From: Protoeuglena noctilucae | Taxonomy: Eukaryota | DNA length: 64,000 nt | Assembly (NCBI GenBank): GCA_958009085.1 | Contig: OY253676.1 | Coordinates: 620,001 to 684,000, forward strand | Reading direction: 5' to 3' | Shown: positions 1-12,569 of the stretch, in pieces | Layout of the letters: the number at the start of each line of letters is the position of its first letter | How positions within the stretch are numbered: the stretch's first letter is position 1 | Notes under the pieces: generated by a model | What the model was told of the DNA's origin: nothing | The model's database searches: none | What the model saw: only the letters and a program-made list of their open reading frames with translations | Position numbers and translations under genes: made by a program

Positions 1-438
1 TTGCGCATGCTCTCGCACCACCCTCGACAGGAGGGCTTTTCACCCGTCATTCGCACTCACGTTCCCCGCAGTGGCTCTCCCATGCAAGTCAGAGACACTT
101 TCAATTGTGACGCGGCGCGCAGCAGCTACTTCGGTCAGCTCTTCCCTCTCAACCCGGGGGGCATTGTGCCAGACGGACCCGGGGTGAGCAGCAGCCGCTT
201 CATGGCCCGACTGTGCTGGCCTGACTAGCACAGATGAATGCCTGCGGGGTGGCATCATGATGCCCCATCGAAAGACGCTGGGTAGGGTAACCATCATAGG
301 CGCCAGTCACGCGTGGTGCATCGTGCGCAGATGGCGGGCGTGCTGGGGTACGGCAGCGATGAGGACCTCAAGCGCAAATGGGAGCCCGACCCAGCCGAGG
401 TCTTCTTGCTGAGGGACCCACGGGACAGTGGGGCGTAG
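1..438 (+). CDS. 3' end of an unidentified spliced gene (partial)
   Basis: Donor ggg|GTGAG near 184. Acceptor gcgcAG at 330 is followed by an open frame (MAGVLGYGSDEDLKRKWEPDPAEVFLLRDPRDSGA*) ending TAG 436-438. No family recognised. Confidence 0.3.
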
Positions 439-631
439 ACGTCACACATCCCAGCTGCAATTTCCTCAGCAGGCAGAAGCTGCAGGGAAGCTGCATGCCC
501 TGTCTGGCACTGATGTGCCCCCGGTGCAGTCTTAGCCTGGATGACCCGTGCACTTGAACGACTTCAATATCGCTGGTCTACAGTAACTGTCTTTACGCCT
601 CTGCCCTGCTGCCAGCCCCGCTCAACTCAAC

Positions 632-3600
632 TCACACCTCCATATCGCTGACCACGATCTCGGTGCTGGCACATCCCTCGCTCCCTCTGTCCCCCGCCTC
701 CTCCTGCACACGCACGCCCCATGCACCCTCACGCCCCACACGCAGCCTCTCCAACCCCACAGCATCTGCACCCTCCTCTGCTCCCTCCCTCTCCCCACGC
801 AGCCTCTTTGACTTTGCACCAGCAGAACCCTCCACCGCCACTGCCACACGCACTGTCCGTGGCCGCCCCCGCTTCCTGCGCCCGCCTCTGCTCGCCCCGC
901 CCCCTTCTCTGCTCTCACCGCGACCTTCTCTGCTCTCCCCCCGCCCCCGCCCCCGCCTCTGGCCCCCATCCTGGCCTGAATCGTTGCTCTGCATCGCCTC
1001 GCCAGCCTGCTCCCCCACGCTCTCGACCGGCGGCGGCAGTGGCTCGATGGACGGCCGCGGGCCCTGCCCGGCGCACCGCACCAGTCGGAACTGGGACACA
1101 TGAGAGGGGCAACGCCAAAATGGTCATGACACCGTACTCTCTGGTGAACATGTCGGGTGCCTCGTGCGCGTTCCATGCAGCCGTAAAACCATGCACGGCC
1201 CCTGCCATGAGCCAGCCACACTGTGCACCCCACCTGAAAGACACCCCGTGCCTTCGTGTGTTTGAACCCGATGACGTGGTGCACCCCATCGTAGACGTAA
1301 TCATAACTTCTCGATGAAATGCGGCGCTTCCTCCACACCCTGACGGGGACCTCCAGGTGCATCGAGTTGATCAGAGGGAGGACAGTACCTGCGGGGACAG
1401 CCCACGCGTCCAGTACGTGACTATTAGTCGACGCATCAACAGTCGATACGTCCCGTCAGCCGGCCCACTCCTGGCGATGACCCTTGCCCACTCGCGAGTC
1501 AGCTTGTGGGTCAGCAAACCGATTCCAATCGTGGGAACTGTCCTCCTCACCCGCGGCAGTGTACGTCCACAGCTGCTGCCCCTCCTGCAGCTCTCCAAAC
1601 TCATGCGCAAAAGCCTCGTCCACCTCTTGCCACAGGGACGGTCCCTCGCGATCCCCGGTGTCTCCCTCGTTGTCCTGCAAACCGAGCTCCGGGTCAGACA
1701 TGCTACACGACGGGAGGAGCCGGCAAGAAGCGCGACTGCAAAGCACTCGCCGGCACAAAATCGGGGCGACTGTCACCACTCACCTTGTACGCCCAGGCGT
1801 CGCAGATGCTCAGCGCCAGCTCTGGGTTGCCCAGGATGTCCGCCACCGTGCTTTGGGCTAAGGCAGCCTGCCCACCCCTCTCCCCGTCGTCTCTAATGCG
1901 GCCCTTATGCGCTGTCATGGAAAAAATGCCGGCCAAGGTTTTTCTGCCACTTCTAGGCCCGTGAGCACCCACAAGGTGCAGCATCTGGCGGGTCTGGAGC
2001 ACCGTCCCTACAGGGACCCCCGGGAGTGTGCCGACCAAAGGCCGCCCGTCAGGACCCCCCGACTGAGATGTGGAGCCTCGGTTGACCACTACGCCCTTCC
2101 TGACCAGGTACTGGCACGTCTTGTCGTGTCCAACCGGCGTGACCCGCGTCCCGTTGGCATTGAGACGCGCCGTCACGTTCGAAGGGCCCGGGTGCGCGCC
2201 GTCAATGCGCACATTATCCCATGCGGCTTGCTGCGGTGGGATAAAGGCAGCAGGGTCGAGATGACAGCCGCAGACACATGCGCAAGAGCGGCCATGGGCC
2301 AGCTCCAGCAGCACCCATGCATACCCATCTCTCAGCATCCCCGCGCTATGCGCCCTCACCACCTCCAGCACCCGTGCGTAAAGCTCACTGATCATCTCCA
2401 CCCTCTCGCATGCGTCCGCATCCATGGCCAAGTCCACTTCACAAGCCTTCATGCCGTAGTGCTTCATCGACTGCTTGTGGTCCCGGAAGTCCCCTTCGCG
2501 AGGCACCTCGCCGAGCTTCGCGTACCCGGCCATCATAGCCAGCGGCTGGAAACCGTCGCGCCGCCGCGCCGCCAGCGCCTCCTGCACCACCCTCCCTCGC
2601 TCGTGCGCGTTGTACAGCTGAGGAGGGGACGCCAGCAGCCGTGGCGGCACCTGGGGAAGCCCCGTATCATCGTCATCGTCGCCTGCCCCCGCTCCCGCCC
2701 GGCCGCGCCCCGCCGGCCTCCCTCGCCCACGCGCCCCTCGCCCACGCGCCCCGCGCCCACGCGCCCCGCGCCCACGTCACCCCCGGCGCGTGCCAGTCCT
2801 CGTCCTTACTGCTGCCAGCCGTCTTGGACTCCTCGCCGTCACTCGCCGCGTCGCAGCGGTCCGCGGCACCCCCAGCCATGCGCGGTCCGGCAGCAGAGGA
2901 GCTCGCAGGGCTGGAGGTCGACGTGATGCTGATGGCGCGGATGAGCTCTGCGCGGAGCACCCTCCCACCGCGACGAGGCTCCGCATGGGAGCGCCGGAGC
3001 GCCGCTCCGCCCGCGCCGCTGCTCGCCTCGCCCTCGGGCTTCCCCACCGCGTCTGGACGAGTCGCTGCCTGCTGCGTCCGGCACTTGCGGGCCGCCCGGC
3101 CCCCCACGCTCCGCTGACCCTCCTCGGCCTCCTCCTGGGCGCCTCGATCCCTAGAAACAAGACCCACCACAGGCTCCACTGCCACCCCACGCGTCTGCGC
3201 CGCAGTAGCCCTGCCCGCGCCACCCTCGCCACCCTCGATCTGGACATTGCGCGCGGGCGGAGCAAGGGGCGTGCTGTCCCTCTGTAACGACGGAGGCGGG
3301 ACGGCTTATGGCGGGAAGGGGATCGGCACTTGCCCGGCGGGTCGCATGTCTTGGCCAGACAGGTGCTCCCGGGCAGCAGCCCGGCTAAGCCGTGTGACCA
3401 AGGAATTTCTGCGTCTGTCGAACGCAGCATCGGTGTAGACCTGCTCCTCCAGCGTGTCCAGCATCGTATCCAGAATGTCCCTGGCAGCCTCCACGCTGAC
3501 CCTCTCTGATGGCCGCTGTGCCGCCTTGCTGGCCTCGGCGACCAAACAGTGGTTCCCGTCAAACGTCACGCTGCGCAGGCGGCAGTGCAGCGATGCCATT

Positions 3601-3893
3601 GTTTGAGTCGGAAGGTACCGCACTTTCTGTGACATAGAAAGAGAGAGGCCGGTTCCCTCGCACCTGCGCCGCCCTGCAACGTCGCACACCCCCGCGAAAG
3701 CCGCATGTATGGCCGCGGCTTCGCGCGTGTTCGCCTCTGGTAGCAACTGCCACAGGAGGACGGCTGTCGGGGTTCTCGCCCGGCACGCATCCTCCCATCG
3801 ACAAGGAACGAGGCTGTCAGCACGGACAGCGCCCTGCTTGCTGCACAGCAGGTCGATCGCCCGCAGGAACAAGGTCGATGCATCATTATCCAT
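632..3893 (-). CDS. SRA/YDG (SAD) domain protein with C-terminal AT-hook, multi-exon
   Basis: SRA hallmarks are spread over the exons: LVGTLPGVPVGTVLQTRQMLHLVGAHG...LAGI, VPVRVWRKR...YDYVYDGVHHV and SQFRLVRCAGQGP. An RKRGRPR motif lies at ~857-880. Upstream ORFs 3306-3893 and 2673-3185 can be joined in frame by GT-AG introns (~3283-3329 and 2651-2780). Confidence 0.7.
2723..2777. repeat. 15-bp tandem repeat (gcccacgcgcccc[t/g]c), ~3.5 copies
   Basis: Directly visible; lies in the inferred intron 2651-2780 of the SRA gene. Confidence 0.85.
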
Positions 3894-4111
3894 CGCTCTT
3901 GGTCCCTGGCGCGGCCCCGAGGGCCTCCAGCGGGGCTCCCGCGCGCTCTGCTTCGGCGCCTTTGTCTGGGAGCTGAACGCACTGCTTTTGCGACCAGAAG
4001 GTGGAAGCCGTGGATTTTCGCCACGATCGAATGAGCGTTTTTGCATGGCACGCTCAAGCCGGGCAGTGGTTGACTGCTCAGACTCGCCAGATGGCCACCT
4101 TGACAGTAAGT

Positions 4112-6483
4112 TCACACTGGGTTGCCGCTAAGGCTGGCCCGCAAGGGCTGCGAGCTAGGAGTCAACTTGTCGAACGGCCGCATGCGCCTCGTGTACATGG
4201 CGAAGATAATCAGCCCCCGCAGGCCCATGAACAGCGCCAGGCCGGCCCAGATGGCGCGCAGGGCGGCCATACCCGTCAGGTGCGCCCACTCCACGGACAT
4301 CATCACGGCCATCGCGGGCGCGGCGCTCAGGGTCATCACAAACACGCTGTGCCTGAACCCGCTCGCGCCGTAGAGCACCCCGTCGAGGACGAACGCGATG
4401 GCGTTGAGCGGCTGGGTGGCTGCGACGACCATGATGAGCGAGGCGAGGATGCCCTGCACGGCGGGGTCGACCGTAAAGACCACGGGGATCACCGGAGAGA
4501 TGCACAGGATGGTAGTCGCCAGCAGCGCACCCAGCCCGACGCCCATCACGAGGACCTGGTCGCCCACGTGCGTGGCTGCGTTGGGAGGTAAGGGAGCTTT
4601 GTGGGTCTGGCCCGCGTCGGATGACCGGCGCTCACTGCACCCTGCAGAGTGCCGCCCACCTCGCAAAATCTCCTGCGACGCGAACGCTTCGCTCATCAGC
4701 GACTGGGCGGCGACGGCGACGGCGTCCGACAGCAGGGAGAAGGCCAGCCACAGCTGCATGGCGACCTGGTGAGCGGCCACGTAGTTCGCGCCTGCGATGC
4801 GGTGCAAGAGTTGTCGCACGGTGGGTGAGATCGGCATGAGGCTGCGGCATCCGTGGGCGCCGGGGCTGGCATGGGAGCGGGGCGCGCAGGGGCGCAGAGA
4901 AGAGAGCACGCACCGGCACGAGTGGCGAGGGAGGTGGCGAGGGTGAAGGTCCCCATGCTCGCGACGGTCCGCAAGACGAGCATCGACGTGGGGCCCAGGA
5001 ACTTGCCCATGCTGCAGGCGAGCGGCAGGGCGAGGGGGCATGTTGCAGTGATTACACAGCAACCCTGTGGCGCCCCGAGGATGTGTGATACACATCGCAG
5101 CGTGGGGTCGGAGCCTGAAGGACGAGCGTGGACGCTTCCCGACTGCGGCCCTCCTCACCTCTCCAAGTTGGCGAACTTGTGCAGGCCCACCACTTGGAAG
5201 CCGAGACGGCGCCAGAGGACGAAGGCCATGTACGCAGACGCAACCAAGTGCCCCGCAGTGGTCGCAAACGCAGCTCCCACCGCCCCTTTCGACAGCGTGT
5301 AGATGAGGAAGGGGTCCAGCAACAGGTTGACCACGTTCGAAATGATGGTTGCGTACAGGGACGACTTGGTGTCCTGCAGCCCTCGGAAGACACCCTGCAG
5401 AGCCAGCAACATCGTGGAAGCCACGGCGCCCCAGCCCCGGACCGTCAGGAAGGCCGTGGCCCTGATGGCGAGGGCAGAGCCTGCGCGAGGGAGGCGGGCG
5501 GAGTCGGGGTGGTACCGGTACCGGCGCGGCTGCGTCATGCGTCGAGAGCTGCGTTGCCCCTGCCAGGGCGAGGCCACCCTCACCCGACTTGGCCCCCATC
5601 GACTTGACCAGGAGCGGGGCCAGGGACCCCAGCAGCACGGCCTGCGCCGTCCCCACGAGCAGGGCCAGCGTCAGTGCCGTGATGGTGCTCTCCCGCACGT
5701 GGTCGCCGTACGGCTGGACAGACTGGGCGGGTGCATCCGGGGCGCGCCCCCGAGCTTCCTTGACCAGCAGTTGGTCCGCGTCGTCATCGGACCCGTCCTC
5801 GTTCGCCCTCGACATGGCCGTAAGCTCCACCTCCCCCGCCTTGCGATCCACAACGGCCGTCTTGTACCGCACCTCCTCTGCGGCCTCCTGCGCCTTCCGG
5901 CGGTCCTCGCCCAGGGCGTTGCCGATGAGGGACGTGGTGACGCCCAGTAATGGGTTGTTGATGAGCTTGGCGACCGCGTTGAAGGCCGCGAGGCCCACGC
6001 CCACTGCAGGTCAGCGAGGGAGCGAAGGCTGAGGCTGAGCGTGGGAAGGCCGCAGGCTCACGCCCACCACAGGTCAGCAAGGGAGCGAAGGCTGAGGCTG
6101 AGCGTGGGCGGAAAGGCCGGTGAAGCCAAGGACATCCGCAGCGCGCGCATGCTCGCCTGCTGCAAGCTCCGTCGCACTCAGGCGACCCACCCACAGCGTG
6201 TCGACGAGTGCAGCGATTGGGTCGCACGCCAGCGCGAGTAGCGCAGGCCAGGCCACATGGAATATCTCCCAGCGAAGACTGCTCGACGAAGAGCGCGACG
6301 TCGGGGACAGAGCCGCGGACGCCGCGGACGGACCGGGCGGCTCACTCATGCGATACGATGGTGCAGGCACGATCTCGGGTTCCGCAGGACTGCTCGACGA
6401 GCCTAGAGACGAGGTGCGCGTTCGATGCTCACTACTCCGTAAACGCCGGGGTGTGGGAGTCGACGCGATGCCCTGCCAAGTAG
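4112..6483 (-). CDS. MATE (DTX/DinF-like) efflux transporter, multi-exon; start codon uncertain
   Basis: EIFHVAWPALLALACDPIAALVDTLWVGRLSATELAAVGVG, LALQGVFRGLQDTKSSLY, AAHQVAMQLWLAFSLLSDAVAVAAQSL and QPLNAIAFVLDGVLYGASGF are typical MATE motifs. Confidence 0.92.
5981..6108. repeat. ~64-bp tandem duplication spanning a MATE 3' splice site
   Basis: 5981-6044 vs 6045-6108 share caggtcagc[g/a]agggagcgaaggctgaggctgagcgtggg plus a degenerate copy of the exon start. Confidence 0.85.
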
Positions 6484-6758
6484 GAGGGGCCAGGAGCGTA
6501 ACGTACGCCGGACCAAGGGCGTGTTGACGCGGGTCTAGGTGGCAAAGCAGTGCGACGAATGAAACTTTCGACGGGGATTCCCACGAAGCGTTCAAACACA
6601 CATCTAGGGGAGACGATTGATGGACGGGATGGCATCCGCAACGCCCTTCGAGCCTGGCAGCCGGCGTGCGGGGCCCGCGGCCCGCAGTTGACTAAGGGGC
6701 TAGGCTAACCTCCATCTAGGTCCCTCCATAACGTGTGACGACTACGATAACTACATCC

Positions 6759-9356
6759 TCACGCTCCCGGCGGGGGCGGCGGAGGCGGAATATTCCGTGC
6801 TATGTCGAGGTCCATTACACGAATCTCGCCCGTCCCAGGCATTTGGTGCGGGTCCGAGGGCGCCGGCGACATCGGACTGTCCCATTGGAACTGCGGATAC
6901 GCGACACGGGCCGGGTGGTGAACGCGGTTGCTTGCAGGCCCCCCCCCCCATGCGCGCAATCATCCCTGACCTGCACCCGCGACGGCCCCGGAGCCCCGTC
7001 CGCGGACTCATGCGCGTCTTCCACCCGAACCATTCCCTTTGGGGCCACCGGCGTCTGCATGGCCGGCGAGGCAGCCGCCGCGGCGCGCGCCATCGACAAG
7101 GACTGGCCAAACTGCGTCGAGTTCTTGAGCCTGGAGCGGTCCGGGCTCCGAGTGGCGGCGCTGCCCATGCGGGAGAGGCTCTTATCTTCGCGCGCGCTCG
7201 ACAGGAAAGGTGCCGGGCCTTTCATCGAGTTCTGCTTCCTGCATCAATGGCCGAGCAAGGGTCGCCGTTACCACTGACCCGGGGGTGCATCACCTAAAGG
7301 CACATCTGCCCCTCCACAGCGGACTGTGCAGACGGACCCTCTCTGGCACCGCTTACCTGAGGGAGTAAGTGCGTCCCGCCGATTGCATCGGGTCGCCCAG
7401 CATTCGGATCTGCGGGACTGCCGGCAGGTCCGAGTGGTGCGACTGCTCCCCAGGTTTCTCCACGCGCGCCGGCATGGGCGCCATGCTTTTCTTGCGATGG
7501 TCCAGCTCGAGATCCCCCCCGGGGTCCTCATGCGTGGACCGTGCCGTGCGCGCAATGGCCGCGGACACCTCGCCGCCGAGGATGCTGCGGGAGGCGAGGG
7601 GTGCGCGCGTGCCGTCGGGTCACCGCATCCCACTCGCCATGGCCCCACCGACGCCGACGCCGACGCACGCGGCCGCGCCAGGCGCACGCTCACCCATGCT
7701 CAGCCGCGGCTGTCTCCAGCTCCTGGGAGCGCACGGTGGACTTCTTGGCCAGGCTCATCCGCGTCCCCACCGGCGCGTTCATGGCCTGCGGGTTGCGCGC
7801 CTCCTCGGCCTGTATCTCCTCCAGCATACGCATGTCGATGTGGGCCATCATGTCCTCCAGCGTGTCCAGGCGCCCGGCCTTGGCGTTGCGGCGCTGCTTG
7901 ATGTACGTGCGGTGCTGGCAGTACTTGTAGAAGAGCCCGCCCTGGAGGAGCAGGTAGAGCGCGGCCGTGCCCAGGCCCACCAGCGTCTTGCCGTTGTAGC
8001 ACATCGGGACCGGGTTCCACTTGTGGTAGCCGATGAAGCAGGGGAACTGCCCGTTGTAGAGGGCGAGGAAGCGGTTGACGGTGCCGTACAGCAGGCCCGC
8101 GCACTGGCCGCACAGCAGGGCCAGCCACCCAGCCACGCCCGTCTGCACGTCGAGCACCGTCATGATGAGCTTCACGATCAGGAGGAAGGCAGGCAGCCCG
8201 AACGCAAGCTTCCACGCGATGGGATCGATCTGCGGGCCGGGGACAGCAGGCCAGCAGGCGTGGGTCCCTCGTCACCCAGACGGGCACGTTGGGCGGCCGC
8301 GGGGCATGCACGGAGGACAGACAGAATGGCAGCGCGCGCCTCGCCTGCGTATCTCCCGCGTACAACACGAAACCTTGGTAGATGAAGGCCGCGGCGAAGG
8401 CGAGGTCGAGGAGGGTGACAAACACAAGCATGTAGAACCACGCCCGCTCCGCCCGCGTCATCATGGCCCAGCGCCGCTCCACCTGCAGCGTCTCCTCGTC
8501 GGGGATGTACCCTCGCAGCTGCATCTTCTTCCGGATCTCCGCGCGCTGCTTGAGGCGCTCGTTCCGCTCCCGCGCTTCGTCCTCCTTGGCGAGGCGGGCA
8601 AAGTACTCGGCCGCCGACTGCACCCCCACGCCCTTGTCCAGATTGTACGTCTGAGCCTCGGGGTCCTGTGTGTAGGCCCGCAGCCGGCTCATGTAGTCGT
8701 TGCCATCTGCGGGTCGAAAGGGAGAGCGGTAATTCCAGTTTTGGGCGGGCACGCAGCGTGGTCTGAACGGCGCGAGGAGGCTGTTCTCCAGCACATCAGC
8801 AGTGCATGGACCGCCACCGAGAGAAATGTGGGAAATGCTCCCGGTCGTGAAAACGCCATCCGCTGGCCCCGTCACCTACGCCGGGAGCTGAGGGGCGAGA
8901 CTTGCGAAAGGTGGACTGGTACGTCTGCAGGTACATGGCCTCGAGATCCGCCTGCTCAGACGACTTCTTGCGAGGGCCCAGGCCCATCCGGGACTCTGCG
9001 CAGGGGTTGAAAGCAACGATGTTGCAGGGTGTGCAACGCCAAGTTTGGGGCAGAGCGGGCACACGCGCTCGCACGCACCCGCCCGAGGTCGCGACGGATC
9101 CGCCGTCGACGGGCGATGGTGGAGGGATTTGTCCCGTCCCAGGTTGCTGGACTGACTGCGAGCAACGAAGACATCATAGGGTGAGTTTGGAACAGACCAT
9201 CGCACCCCCCCCCGGGTACAGTGGACTCGCAGCGGGAGCCAGCGCTCGCCTGACGAACTGGCCACTCCCGAACATGCTTTTTGGGTACACCGTCCCCGTC
9301 CCCTGCCGCGACATGGGCCTGGCCGGCCCACCCTGGGCCGGCTGCGTAGGCGCCAT
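6759..9356 (-). CDS. Hypothetical membrane protein (~4 TM segments, coiled-coil, Pro-rich tail), multi-exon
   Basis: Consecutive minus-strand ORFs with coding-like bias. Hydrophobic segments WFYMLVFVTLLDLAFAAAFIYQGF, LAFGLPAFLLIVKLIMTVL and LVGLGTAALYLLLQGGLF. In-frame splice across 8230-8344. Both ends tentative. Confidence 0.6.
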
Positions 9357-10196
9357 CGCGTCGAGTCAGTCCACGTTCGCCGTCGCGGCGGTGCCGCGTC
9401 GAGCCCTGCCGACGGGTGGCTGCAGCCCGTCAAGTCACAAGTGGAGCTGCGAAGGGAAGGGAGGGGCACGCCAGCTGAGGGAGGCGCGGAGTTGCGACAC
9501 TGCGCGCACATTTGTCAAGGTAAGAACTGCATGCTCGCGAGCCCGGGGGTCTCCAGCGCCACCGCAGAGAGCAGCCGGGGGCCACGCATGCATGCCTCTC
9601 TGCTGGGCGCTCATGAGCTCCAGAGTGGGGCGGGAGGACCGTCACAGAACGGAAACGCACCACAAACGAATGCATTGCATGCTTGCGAGACCGGGTCATT
9701 GACAGGGCGTTCCGTGGCACAAACAGGGGTCGAGACGGGGGCGTGGGCGCCTGGGCACCGCGCCAAGTCCCCAGCGAAGCATACAAACCACGCTGCTGCC
9801 TCTGCGCGAGCCATTAGGTCACCTCAACGTTCCTTCTAGAGACCTGACGCGTTGGAGCCGCGCAGGCGCGCGGCGCCATGGAGGGAGGAGCCCCGCGGGA
9901 CGCGCGTCGCCGGATGGTGCGTGCTTCGAGACAGCAGCCAGAGAATGACGAGGACATCGTCGGTGTGGCCTCAGGAGGTGAAACGCCGGCGGTCGGGCCT
10001 GACTCGGGTCCTCGCTGGCGAAGCGTGGCAAGGAATTGAGCTGCCATCGCCCATACTAAGTCGCGTTCAATCGCAAAAGGCCCTGGCCACACGCGGCCAT
10101 CTCAACTACTTCTCAGAGGCCCGGCTGTGAGGACATTTAGCCAGACGTGCCTCCCTCGCCTCCCCGCACGTGTGCTGACGTAGGTCGCAGCCTGCG

Positions 10197-11684
10197 ATGA
10201 TGGCCGCTGCGAGCGCCCTGGTCCCCGCGACGGCGGGCACGAGCTGCAGGTGCGATCCAGCGCATGCCCTGTGCGCGCGTGGCGTGGTGGATCGGTAAAG
10301 ACGCTGAATGGCTGCAGCGTGATTCCTCTCCAGTTCCGGGTCCTGGTGGCTCGTACTGCCGCCGCCGGATCTCCCGCATGGGGGGCCCAGGGGCGGGATC
10401 CTTTTGCGCTACCGCGAGCCCCGCGGGGGGAATTTCCCGAAGGAAACTCGGTCGTGCGATGCGGCACCGCAACATTTGCCAGGCGTACCCGAGCTGCGGT
10501 CCGAACCAAGCCCCTTTGCGATCGCAGGGCCTCATCGCAGAGGGCGGTTCGCGCGCAGGCGCAACCAAAGGCGGGGACCTCCGGGAAGGGCGCCGGCGAG
10601 GCCAAGGTGGTGGTGGGCGTGGATCCCAGGTGGGATGTTTCAGGATTGGCGCGCGCTGGGGTCGCCATGGGCTCCGGTCGACGCCGTCAACTGCCTGATT
10701 CCTGACTTCCGCGCCCGCAGTCGCCCGCCAGCGCCTGGCCTGACGCTCAACGGGGGTGCAACTGCTGCATTGGTGGTGGTGCAGAGCTTGGCGCTGGTGG
10801 GAGCGGTCGTCGGGGGCCTGCGCGCACGCACCCTGCGGCTCCAACTGCAGCGCGTAAACGAGCAGCTGCGGAGCATCAACGCGGCGCTGCGGAACCAGAT
10901 CGAGTCCGACCTCGTCCCGGAGGCGGACGAGGCGGAGGCCTTCAAAGCATATCGGCACGCATTGGAGAATGCCATGGTGAGCGAACGACGGGCGACGACA
11001 GGCAGCGCTTGCCCAGCTGCGGGAGCGAGCGGGCACGATAGATGCTTGGGCACTTGCGCCTCGGCACCGCACATCTCCTTGTCCGGCGCCCGGGCCACGC
11101 TCGCGCTTCTCGCGCCTGCAGGCCTCAGCGTCGGCCGCGCACCCGCTCGAGACGTTTGGGGGTGAGGAAGGCTTCTCCCTGGCCTCGGCTCGGCGTGAGA
11201 TCTCTCGCGCCATCAAGGAATCTCGCGATTGGACGAAGGAGGGCCGCCCAGACGAGGGCGTGATGGCGCTGGTGCGGGCGGAGGAGCTGGCGATCGAACT
11301 GAAGGACCCGGTCGCCGAGCGGGGGGTCGTGCGCGCCATGAGCACGTGCTACCGCGCGCAGGGGAAGCTCAGCGACGCTATCCAGGTGCCCAGATGCCCC
11401 GACACTGCGTGCGGCTGGCACCTGCCCCTTGCGCACGTGCCAGCCCTGCTTGGCGCGTTACCAAGACAGACGTGTGCCGCATCACGCCGCAGTGTTTGGA
11501 GCGGGGCCTGAACATCAGCAGCACGATCGGGGGCACGTACGTCGGCGACGCCGACATGTACGGGGAGATTGGCGACTTATACGTCGAGCTGGGGGACTAC
11601 GTCAAGGCGCAGGAGTACTACGACCGGTGCATCAAGGCGCTCGAGAGCGACAACATCCTGCCCACGTCTAGCTGGGACTGCTGA
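10197..11684 (+). CDS. FLU: FLU / FLU-like protein (TPR regulator of tetrapyrrole synthesis), chloroplast; 5' exons uncertain
   Basis: LALVGAVVGGLRAR..LQRVNEQLRSINAALRNQ (TM plus coiled coil) and TPR region AIELKDPVAERGVVRAMS...MYGEIGDLYVELGDYVKAQEYYDRCIKALESD match the plant FLU architecture. Confidence 0.85.
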
Positions 11685-11738
11685 GGGGCGGGCTTGGCGT
11701 GCATGGTGAATGAGGGCACTCCTTGCATCTGTGGCGTT

Positions 11739-12569
11739 TCAAGCGTCTGCGCTCTTCTGAGCCCCGTCGTTCTCGCTCTTCGGCCGCTCGACCGACTCTG
11801 CCACCGATTCCCCCGCCCCGCGGCCCCCGTTGGCTGGGGGCGGCGGAGGCACGCGGTACAGCACGCTGGTCTGCCCCCGGGGCTGCAGCAGGGGCCCGCC
11901 GTTGCCGGGGCGCGAGGTGGCTTCGAAGAACTGACGCCACGACTGCCAGGGGAAAAAGCCCCCGCATTCCGGGCACTTGCGGAGCTGCATGGCCCCGCTG
12001 CCGCCCGGGGCAGGCCGCTCCACCAGCCCACTCCCGCGGCACCTCTCGCACCTCCTCTGAATCAAGATGCGCTTCGAGAACTCTGCGCGAACACGGGAGG
12101 TGCTCACACGGCTCGTGTGAGTGCCCACGGGTGCTTGGCAACCGCCGAGGCGTGAGTGGGTGGGCTGACAGCACTGCCGTGGCGCACACCTGAGGCACCG
12201 ATGATGAAGGGGAAGACTCCAGCCAAGGAGCCCACCCAAATCTCCCACCCAACCTGGACCGGCTCGAATTGGTACGGCGCCGCTGGTCCGCTGATGCTTG
12301 GTCCGCTGATGCTTGCTGCAGCTGGCGGAGGGTGTGTTGACGGTGTGCATGTGGCAGGTGGCAAGAAAGTAGCACGTCGCTGCAAGACATGAAAGGTTCT
12401 CCATCCCCAGCCTCTCACCTGCCATGTCTCGTCCCGTTGCAAGCAAGTCTGCGGCCTCCGGGCCAGGCAGGGCGAACAGAGCCCGGTGACGGGGCCTGCA
12501 GGGGACCGGCCTTGGACGACATCCCGCGAGGCTCGTCTCAGCGACGCCTGACGCAATCCTTGACGTCAT
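11739..12569 (-). CDS. Chloroplast DnaJ-type cysteine-rich (CxxCxGxG) Zn-finger membrane protein
   Basis: Transit-like N-terminus; IWVGSLAGVFPFIIGASEFSKRILIQRRCERCRGSGLV...KCPECGGFFPWQSWRQFF. Confidence 0.8.
   Translation of the reverse strand: MTSRIASGVAETSLAGCRPRPVPCRPRHRALFALPGPEAADLLATGRDMAGERLGMENLSCLAATCYFLATCHMHTVNTPSASCSKHQRTKHQRTSGAVPIRAGPGWVGDLGGLLGWSLPLHHRCLRCAPRQCCQPTHSRLGGCQAPVGTHTSRVSTSRVRAEFSKRILIQRRCERCRGSGLVERPAPGGSGAMQLRKCPECGGFFPWQSWRQFFEATSRPGNGGPLLQPRGQTSVLYRVPPPPPANGGRGAGESVAESVERPKSENDGAQKSADA

Noticed and set aside
12284..12316. 15-bp tandem duplication (tggtccgctgatgct)
   Set aside because: Short in-frame duplication in a poorly conserved linker; too small to count with the splice-junction duplications.
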